From a virus: a stretch of DNA of 64,000 nucleotides. The notes below the pieces were generated by a model. The model was not told the DNA's origin. It worked only from the letters and a program-made list of their open reading frames with translations, and did no database searches. This document shows positions 57,857 to 64,000 of the stretch, piece after piece. Positions within the stretch are counted from its first letter, which is position 1, and each line of letters begins with the position of its first letter. The stretch is from the IMG/VR virus record IMGVR_UViG_3300007712_000002, positions 28,504-92,503 of that record; one strand, 5' to 3'. The position numbers were made by a program, and so were the translations under genes.

Positions 57857-57931
57857 GGACCGGTAGCTCAGAGGCAGAGCAGCGGACTCTTAATCCGCGT
57901 GTCGAGATTTCGAAATTCTCCCGGTTCACCA
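57857..57931 (+). tRNA. tRNA-Lys(CTT)
   Basis: Canonical cloverleaf. Confidence 0.92.
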
Positions 57932-57976
57932 ACCTTGCTGTTGACAGCTAAATAAGATTACTGTAGGAGTAACACG

Positions 57977-58456
57977 ATGAGCAACAGCCAAGAGATGCGC
58001 CGTATCATGACACTAATGGAAGCGCCAAGTGCAACCCAAGAACTCGGTATGGATTTTGATAAATTCGAAAGTCTTTTGATGAGACTCACGGCAGATGAGG
58101 CTCGTGAATGGCAAGACCATGCTCAAAAAGGATATACTGACCGTCCAGCGGCACCCAATACTGGATCATTTGTTTCTCGGGGTTATGGAATGATTGAGCC
58201 AAAATATAATATTGACATATCAGCTGGCTATCAGGGAATGTTCACTCGTCGTTATGTGGCACTTCTCCAGATTGGGTCAAACATTTCTCTAGAAATACGC
58301 AAAGAAATCATCAACGACTTCAAAATTGCCCTTGCGGACAAAACAGGTTTCGATCCCGAACAGTCAACAGTGGCCGAGACTGATGATGGCGTTAGGCTAC
58401 ATTTTGACACAGTGAGCGGCACCGCATGGGGCGGTGTTGGTGTTTGGAAAGAATAA
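57977..58456 (+). CDS. Late protein, putative head-internal
   Basis: TAAATA promoter; MSNSQEMRRIMTLMEA. Confidence 0.7.
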   Translation: MSNSQEMRRIMTLMEAPSATQELGMDFDKFESLLMRLTADEAREWQDHAQKGYTDRPAAPNTGSFVSRGYGMIEPKYNIDISAGYQGMFTRRYVALLQIGSNISLEIRKEIINDFKIALADKTGFDPEQSTVAETDDGVRLHFDTVSGTAWGGVGVWKE

Positions 58457-58605
58457 CCCACAATATAATTTGATGACGGCCCTCAGGCGGTGGAAAGCAC
58501 TACAAGGCTCTCGGTTAGACGAAAGTTTGCCATTCTTTGGGAGAATGGTTGGGAGTCAGGAGACAAGTCCGGAGAGGAAGTTGCAACCCGTCATCAAATC
58601 AATAT

Positions 58606-58681
58606 GCTAGTTACTCTCTATCGGAAAGAGACGCGGCCGATAACCGTGGATGACAAGGTTCGACTCCTTGAACTAGCACCA
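58606..58681 (+). tRNA. tRNA-Ile(GAT)
   Basis: Loop CCGATAA (C33); CCA end. Confidence 0.85.
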
Positions 58682-58726
58682 AAAACTACACTCATAAATA
58701 AGTAAGATATATGGAAGGTATAGAAA

Positions 58727-59254
58727 ATGTCAAATATCAATGAAGAATCCTTTGATAGATTACGTCAGTTGGCAGGATTGAAGCCTTCAAAAACAGAGAC
58801 CGCGCCGTCAACAGCAACACCTCTAGTGGCGAGGGTCAAACTCGAGTCATTGAAACCTAGATATGTTAGGGTTGGATCTAAAGATGTTGTCGCTGCACTT
58901 TTGGGTGTGAACAACACTGTTGATCAAATACTTGCTAAAGTTGCAGAACACTATAAAGAAACGGACTCCTCTACAACGCCTCCTTTTGAAGCTAAGATAG
59001 TGGATGTAGATCCTTCTAAAGCGTCAAAAGTGCAAGATTTAAAAGAGCTCAAGCTTGAAACCGTCCAGAATCTGGACGCCACTCTCAAGGAAATGTGGGA
59101 TGAGCATGATTTGGCTGATGGATGGGAAATTGTGGTAGGCGACGGCTATCCTATTGAACATGCAATAAAAATGGTTTTGCATGATTTTATTGATGACTAT
59201 GTTGCTGATAATCCATTAAGGCATTCCAGCAACATAACATCTTATAGTATATAA
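58727..59254 (+). CDS. Late protein with DRLRQLAG motif
   Basis: CATAAATA promoter; MSNINEESFDRLRQLAGL. Confidence 0.7.
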   Translation: MSNINEESFDRLRQLAGLKPSKTETAPSTATPLVARVKLESLKPRYVRVGSKDVVAALLGVNNTVDQILAKVAEHYKETDSSTTPPFEAKIVDVDPSKASKVQDLKELKLETVQNLDATLKEMWDEHDLADGWEIVVGDGYPIEHAIKMVLHDFIDDYVADNPLRHSSNITSYSI

Positions 59255-59260
59255 ATTTAT

Positions 59261-59334
59261 TGCCCGATCTTCTAATGGCAGGAAAGCTGGCTCTGAACCA
59301 GACAATGGTGGTTCGACCCCACCTCGGGCATCCA
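59261..59334 (+). tRNA. tRNA-Gln(CTG)
   Basis: Loop CTCTGAA; CCA end. Confidence 0.9.
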
Positions 59335-59338
59335 AATT

Positions 59339-59445
59339 TGACAAGCAAGTGACGAGAATTGGCAGACGTGGCTGGTTAACAACCGGCTGAAGGATCCGTG
59401 AGAATTTAGGCCTTCGTGTGGGTTCAAATCCCACCTTGCTTGTCA
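59339..59445 (+). ncRNA. Leu-type tRNA-like element, loop TTAACAA, no CCA, 11-bp closing stem
   Basis: TGACAAGCAAG/CTTGCTTGTCA; Leu-like D arm; long variable arm. Confidence 0.55.
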
Positions 59446-59458
59446 TATAAATACACAC

Positions 59459-59755
59459 ATGGTAACAAAATTCTCAACCAACACTAGCAGCCAAGTTGCA
59501 ATCTATATCACTGGTAACGAAGCTAGTGGATATCGCATCACATACGAATTTTTGGAAAATGTGACAGATGAACAGGCTATTGCTATACGCACTAGACTAC
59601 TAAAAAGCTTTTCACTAGGACGACAGTTTGTAGATGCAAAACTATTGTCAGGTGCGCAACGCAAGGCAAATTTGATGAAGACCATATTTAGACAAGAATA
59701 TGGTCTATTAGCAAATACAGTTACGTTAACCAACGAAAGAAATAACGCGGGGTAA
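59459..59755 (+). CDS. Hypothetical late protein
   Basis: TATAAATA promoter; stop codon inside tRNA-Gly. Confidence 0.6.
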   Translation: MVTKFSTNTSSQVAIYITGNEASGYRITYEFLENVTDEQAIAIRTRLLKSFSLGRQFVDAKLLSGAQRKANLMKTIFRQEYGLLANTVTLTNERNNAG

Positions 59756-59829
59756 GCCTAATGGAGACTGGTGTCTTCAGCAGCCTTCCAAGCTGTGCGC
59801 AAGGAGTTCGATTCTCCTGCTCCGCTCCA
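59747..59829 (+). tRNA. tRNA-Gly(TCC), expanded D region
   Basis: Loop CTTCCAA; T-CCA end. Confidence 0.8.
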
Positions 59830-59937
59830 ATCAAGTCAGAAGGCCACGGTTCGAGTCCGTGTTTAGGTCAAGGGAAGACCACTGGCCCGTAACCTGCGGT
59901 AAACTGGTGACTGGGGGAGAGACCCCAACAGAATTTC

Positions 59938-60012
59938 GCTCCTATAGTGATAATGGTAGCACAGCCCTTTGGTAGGGGGCCAGCAAAGGTTCGATTCCTT
60001 TTAGGAGCACCA
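59938..60012 (+). tRNA. tRNA-Thr(GGT)
   Basis: Cloverleaf with CCA. Confidence 0.9.
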
Positions 60013-60105
60013 GAATAAATAATGGCACGATACAACAATGCCCAGAATGTAAAGCGGAACTTGGACACGGAGATTGGTGCCCGCAGTGCCGTGTAAGAAG
60101 ATAAT

Positions 60106-60196
60106 GGAAGTGACAATCTGTGAGGGTTCCAGGGAGGGATTGCTAATCCCATCGTGGTCGCAAGGCCATTGAGTTCGAGTCTCAGCACTTCCGCCA
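60106..60196 (+). tRNA. tRNA-Ser(GCT)
   Basis: Loop TTGCTAA, long variable arm, G-CCA end. Confidence 0.88.
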
Positions 60197-60277
60197 ACAT
60201 CGTTGGATTCTTCAGTTTCCAACAATCCTTGTCCTATATGCTGTGAAAGCGATCAGAACTGGACAAGGATCTATATT

Positions 60278-60353
60278 GCATCCGTAACTCAGGGGACAGA
60301 GTGTCGCGCTTCGAACGCGATGGACGGGGGTTCGAATCCTCCCGGGTGCTCCA
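60278..60353 (+). tRNA. tRNA-Arg(TCG)
   Basis: Loop CTTCGAA; CCA end. Confidence 0.9.
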
Positions 60354-60452
60354 AATCAAGCAGTGTTGGTGATGTGTTAGATCATATCACCCTTCCTTGC
60401 AAGAGTATTCTAAGCAGCGTATGCTATGCTACGAGAATTCAAAGAGAATCAA

Positions 60453-60959
60453 ATGCCAAGACTTTATTCAATTGATGATGATTTTAGTGGAAAAACTCCG
60501 CGACACAATCCGGCGCATTTCTTCCCATCAGCAATTTGGACTAGAGGGATGAGCTCAGATTACTTTTGGAAATACGATTTAGAAGGAGATTTTCCAGCCC
60601 GTTCTTACATACATTGTGATGATCTTGATGATAAAGATACAGGGTTTTGGATTGAGTTGCGTAAAGATGTAGAACGTAGATTTTTAGGAGACGTATTTTA
60701 CCTGTATCAGCGCATGGATTATCGCCGATGGTGGAATAGAAACGCTAGTGAATACAGCAAAGAATACGAAAGACAACGACATGGTTACTGGACTTTCTAC
60801 TTTGAAAACGAAGGCGACCATGCTATGTTTATAATGCAGCACGGTGAAAGGTTAAGTGATAAGCGTTATAGGTTTCACCCTATCATGGGTATTAGTTGTG
60901 AAGATCATCGTTACGATGTTCCAAAGGACGAAGAGGTAGCTAATGCCTGGAGAATTTAG
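60453..60959 (+). CDS. Hypothetical protein
   Basis: ORF; FENEGDHAMFIM motif. Confidence 0.65.
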   Translation: MPRLYSIDDDFSGKTPRHNPAHFFPSAIWTRGMSSDYFWKYDLEGDFPARSYIHCDDLDDKDTGFWIELRKDVERRFLGDVFYLYQRMDYRRWWNRNASEYSKEYERQRHGYWTFYFENEGDHAMFIMQHGERLSDKRYRFHPIMGISCEDHRYDVPKDEEVANAWRI

Positions 60960-61031
60960 CCCCGGCCGACTGGAATGGTCCCAGGCCTCCTAAGCCAGGG
61001 TGAAGCGGTTCGAGTCCGCTCCGGGGCTCCA
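60959..61031 (+). tRNA. tRNA-Arg(CCT)
   Basis: Loop CTCCTAA; CCA end. Confidence 0.85.
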
Positions 61032-61116
61032 AAAAAAGTGAAAACAGTGGTTGACAACCAATGTGCTTTGCTGTATTGTGATAGAGTAAGTTAAGCAAAC
61101 AGACAAGGAAATACAC

Positions 61117-61398
61117 ATGTCGACTTTTACCGCTGCTGATGTCAAAGCACTCAACTCGCTTTTGGCCAACGCTGATTCCGACGACCTCCGCCTCATGGCA
61201 GATCTCATGAAACGGCGCCGGGACCTGATCGGACGGCTGAATATGGGTCGGCTCACGATCGGACAAAAAGTCCAGTTTACGGGCAAGCGTGGTGCCACAC
61301 TCACCGGAACCATCCAAAAGGTCAACCGCAAAAAGTGTGTTGTCCAGACGCCAACCGGACTGTGGAACGTCCCGGGCACCATGCTCAAGGCAGTTTAA
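61117..61398 (+). CDS. Hypothetical early protein, SH3-like C-terminus
   Basis: Promoter TTGACA(61051); AAGGA RBS. Confidence 0.7.
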   Translation: MSTFTAADVKALNSLLANADSDDLRLMADLMKRRRDLIGRLNMGRLTIGQKVQFTGKRGATLTGTIQKVNRKKCVVQTPTGLWNVPGTMLKAV

Positions 61399-61413
61399 CG
61401 CCCAACAAAATAC

Positions 61414-61488
61414 TCTGGGGAAGTGTTGATGGATACACGCCTGGTTGTGGACCAGGAATATAGGGTTCGATACCCTACCCCAGGACCA
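61414..61488 (+). tRNA. tRNA-His(GTG), A73 and no G-1
   Basis: Loop TTGTGGA; ends GG-A-CCA. Confidence 0.88.
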
Positions 61489-61644
61489 ATTGGGACTTGG
61501 CTTCGGCGAGTCCAACCGTGCCCCTTGTAATGCTCTAATTGGTCAAGAGCTCACAAGATAATTAGAAGCCGGGCGACTGGTGAAAGGGTTGCGACGGAGA
61601 CAACAGTCCCGGAAAGGTTTGACCAACCAACTGTTACGAGATTT

Positions 61645-61719
61645 GGCCCTATGGTATATGGTTTATTACACCGGTCTGTCTAACCGGGGAACGGAGTTAG
61701 AGTCTCCGTAGGGTCGCCA
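61645..61719 (+). tRNA. tRNA-Asp(GTC)
   Basis: Loop CTGTCTA; G-CCA end. Confidence 0.88.
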
Positions 61720-61728
61720 AAATAACTA

Positions 61729-61803
61729 TGGCGGGATGGTGAGGGTAACACGAAGGCCAAAGCATCAGAACTTTTGAGGGTTCGATTCCCTCTCCTGCTA
61801 CTA
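61729..61803 (+). pseudogene. Degenerate tRNA-like element
   Basis: Acceptor stem and T-arm present, anticodon arm irregular, ends CTA. Confidence 0.5.
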
Positions 61804-61809
61804 AATTTT

Positions 61810-61884
61810 GGGGACGTAGTGCTAACGGGAACACACTGCCGTGGCACGGCAGAATTGAGGGTTCGATTCCCTCCGTCTCCACCA
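61810..61884 (+). tRNA. tRNA-Ala(GGC)
   Basis: G3-U70; CCA end. Confidence 0.9.
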
Positions 61885-61966
61885 AAGGCGTAGCTGCTCA
61901 TCTGCGATAACAGAGCAGTGAAAAACCCGGCCGCGCAGGGCTGGGTCCAAAATACGAAGTAGACAC

Positions 61967-62040
61967 GGGGCACGTCTATGGGTAGCGGCTGATCCTTGCA
62001 AGATTGGCGTCACGGGGTTCGATTCCCCGGTGCTCCACCA
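61967..62040 (+). tRNA. tRNA-Ala(TGC)
   Basis: G3-U70; loop CTTGCAA. Confidence 0.88.
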
Positions 62041-62124
62041 AAATCACCTTGGCGGCCGAGCGCGATGGCCGCGCATTAGAAATTTGATATGGGTTCGAAT
62101 CCCAGGCAGTCAAGGAGAAATCAT

Positions 62125-62201
62125 GGCACTATAGCTGAGTAGGTTCAAGCGCCCGGCTCATAACTGGGAGTAGGTCAGTTCGATCCTGACTAGTGCCACC
62201 A
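62125..62201 (+). tRNA. tRNA-Met/Ile2(CAT)
   Basis: Loop CTCATAA; canonical cloverleaf. Confidence 0.9.
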
Positions 62202-62213
62202 AATAAATACGGT

Positions 62214-62573
62214 ATGAGAGTCAAACAACTTCAAGAAAACGTTGGATTTAGACGTGACTGGAATCGAGCTAAAAAATCACTAGCTGCTCAAGTCACGCTA
62301 GATCAACCAGATCCACATCTTGGAGATGGCGTATACATTGATTTGATATCTACGGCCGGCGCTCAACGAGGCCAGGGCCACGGCACCCAAGCAATGAATG
62401 CACTCATGAAGATAGCTGACCGTCACAGCATAGATTTGTTCCTTAGTCCTGAAGCATTAGGACAAGGACGTGACGGTGCTCTCAGCCAACAAGCTTTAGA
62501 AAAATGGTATAAGCGTCAGGGATTTGAACCAGTCGAAAATGATGACAGAGTTTGGGTCAGACGTTCAAGATAA
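62214..62573 (+). CDS. GNAT-family acetyltransferase
   Basis: QRGQGHG acetyl-CoA motif; WYKRQGF; TAAATA promoter. Confidence 0.8.
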   Translation: MRVKQLQENVGFRRDWNRAKKSLAAQVTLDQPDPHLGDGVYIDLISTAGAQRGQGHGTQAMNALMKIADRHSIDLFLSPEALGQGRDGALSQQALEKWYKRQGFEPVENDDRVWVRRSR

Positions 62574-62695
62574 CGGGCGGTTGTTTGGACCACTGGCAGG
62601 TCCATAGGCACCTACTAACTTGCACACCTGGCAAGCTCTAGTAGACGATGCTGGTCAATTAGAACGGGTTCGAATCCCTAACTGTCCACCAATTT

Positions 62696-62769
62696 GCGGG
62701 TATCGTATAAAGGTATTACAACTGGTTGCCAATCAGTAGACAGGGGATCGTTACCCCTTACCCGCTCCA
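62696..62769 (+). tRNA. tRNA-Gly(GCC)
   Basis: Loop TTGCCAA; T-CCA end. Confidence 0.88.
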
Positions 62770-63116
62770 AGATCGTAAGCCACCGCATCAAGGGGCAACT
62801 GAAGATCCAAACTGCAAGACCGTGTGGAAGCAAGGTGGAAGCGGCGTGGAACCGTCATGTAGCATGTTGCAAAGCGTTAAAAACCGTGAGCTGGGGAAGG
62901 GCCAGACAGGCATGACGGGAAAGCAAAGTGAAAGCTGAGTGAAAGCGCGGACACTACAGGGCGAGGGCGCAGGAAGAACTTGATGTAGGAGCGGACCGAG
63001 CAGTAGGCACGTCGTCTAACGGTAGGACACCGGCATAGCATTGCAGCATTTGAAGCCGGAAATGTGAGTTCAACTCTCACCGTAAATACTGTTTAATTTT
63101 ACACATAGAGGTAATC

Positions 63117-63299
63117 ATGCAACTTTTTAAGAACCTATTCAACTCATTTAAAACTGAACCAACTGAACTAGAACTCAAGAGACATGAGCTAGCAGCTGAT
63201 CTTAGCGATGTCAACTTCGACCAGCGTTGTCGTATTCTTGACAACCTGATGCATACTGATCCTGAACTTTATGCAAGTTGGATGCAAGATCCTTATTGA
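63117..63299 (+). CDS. Hypothetical protein
   Basis: GAGGT RBS. Confidence 0.6.
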   Translation: MQLFKNLFNSFKTEPTELELKRHELAADLSDVNFDQRCRILDNLMHTDPELYASWMQDPY

Positions 63300-63301
63300 C
63301 T

Positions 63302-63553
63302 ATGTATCGACATATGACAAATGAAGAAAAGCAAGCGTTCTATGCGCGATGTGGTGAAATACTCGGTATAGAACACGACTGGAATACGCCAGTCAAACGA
63401 AGAAATAGATGGAACGCCCGACGCCTAGGAAATGGACGTTACCCAGGATTTGGGCTCATAAGAGTTTATGGTAGTGATGTGATGGTTACCAGCAAAGCTG
63501 GAACACGTTGGTTCAAAACTGCTGAAGAAGTATACGAATATTTGCACAGGTAG
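63302..63553 (+). CDS. Hypothetical protein
   Basis: ORF; stop codon inside tRNA-Phe. Confidence 0.6.
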   Translation: MYRHMTNEEKQAFYARCGEILGIEHDWNTPVKRRNRWNARRLGNGRYPGFGLIRVYGSDVMVTSKAGTRWFKTAEEVYEYLHR

Positions 63554-63619
63554 CTCAGCTGGTAGAGCAGTGGTTTGAAGCACCACGTGTCGGGGGTTCG
63601 AGACCCTCCTTGTGCACCA
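63544..63619 (+). tRNA. tRNA-Phe(GAA)
   Basis: Canonical D and T arms; CCA end. Confidence 0.9.
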
Positions 63620-63625
63620 ATTCTT

Positions 63626-63705
63626 GCAGCTCGCGAATGGCTGGTCCGCGTGTTCGCCGGTCTGAAAAACCGGAGGTCAAGGTTCGATTCCTTGGGGCTG
63701 CACCA
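63626..63705 (+). tRNA. tRNA-Phe(GAA), enlarged D arm
   Basis: CCGGT-CTGAAAA-ACCGG; CCA end. Confidence 0.8.
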
Positions 63706-63767
63706 AAATATTAGTTGACAATCAAAACATCTTACTTTATATTTGTAAAGTAAACAAGGAAGATTAG

Positions 63768-63986
63768 ATGGATAAGACGATACAAGAACGTCAAGCCCGT
63801 ATTGAAGATGCTATCCAATGGCTCGAACAGCGTGGCAACGAAGCACCAGAAATTGCTAAAGATCCTTGGTTCAGTCGCGCCAACGTTTTGAAGGCATATG
63901 CCCGCCGCAGCATGGAAAGTGCTGAAGATTTTATCCAAAACGGTGATAATTTTCTTGGCGGGTGGCCTGATCCTTTTGAGTCCTGA
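63768..63986 (+). CDS. Hypothetical early protein
   Basis: Promoter TTGACA(63715)-17-TATATT; AAGGA RBS. Confidence 0.65.
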   Translation: MDKTIQERQARIEDAIQWLEQRGNEAPEIAKDPWFSRANVLKAYARRSMESAEDFIQNGDNFLGGWPDPFES

Positions 63987-64000
63987 TAATTTATAACTAT

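Noticed and set aside
51374-63080. Many ORF-track entries across the tRNA region on both strands
   Set aside because: They are translations of tRNA/ncRNA sequence (GSNP, GFEP patterns) and lack RBSs.

Overview
This window comes from a large, T4-like (jumbo-type) lytic dsDNA phage, with genes almost entirely on the + strand. The host is probably an alphaproteobacterium: the tmRNA is two-piece and permuted with tag ANTNAAPEMAIAA, and tRNA-His has A73 and no G-1. Region 0-12 kb holds recombination and replication genes (UvsY, AAA+ ATPase, UvsW, a DnaE fragment, primase, DnaB/gp41 helicase). Region 12-23 kb holds late genes behind TAAATA promoters, including a family of small acidic proteins starting MDINRL(R/K)xL(S/A)G. 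Region 23-48 kb holds an exonuclease, class II RNR, a DNA methyltransferase, a macrodomain, glutaredoxin, PAAR-transglycosylase, SleB, IF-3, bS21, Hsp20, ClpS, AlgH, tmRNA, PurF and a compact RNase P RNA. Region 48.6-63.7 kb holds an array of about 38 tRNA genes covering all 20 amino acids, interleaved with tRNA-like and other structured non-coding elements. The most striking observation is a set of short leader ORFs, absent from the ORF track, that appear to gate the tRNA genes according to their own amino-acid content. A 7-Cys peptide precedes the two tRNA-Cys genes. A 50-aa peptide containing every amino acid except Cys, with a clear terminator/antiterminator switch, precedes the main array. 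MKRKVNKKP precedes the three tRNA-Lys genes. This suggests a ribosome-sensing system that releases phage tRNAs when host tRNA supply fails; that is inference and untested. All calls are by eye, with no searches or folding programs run.
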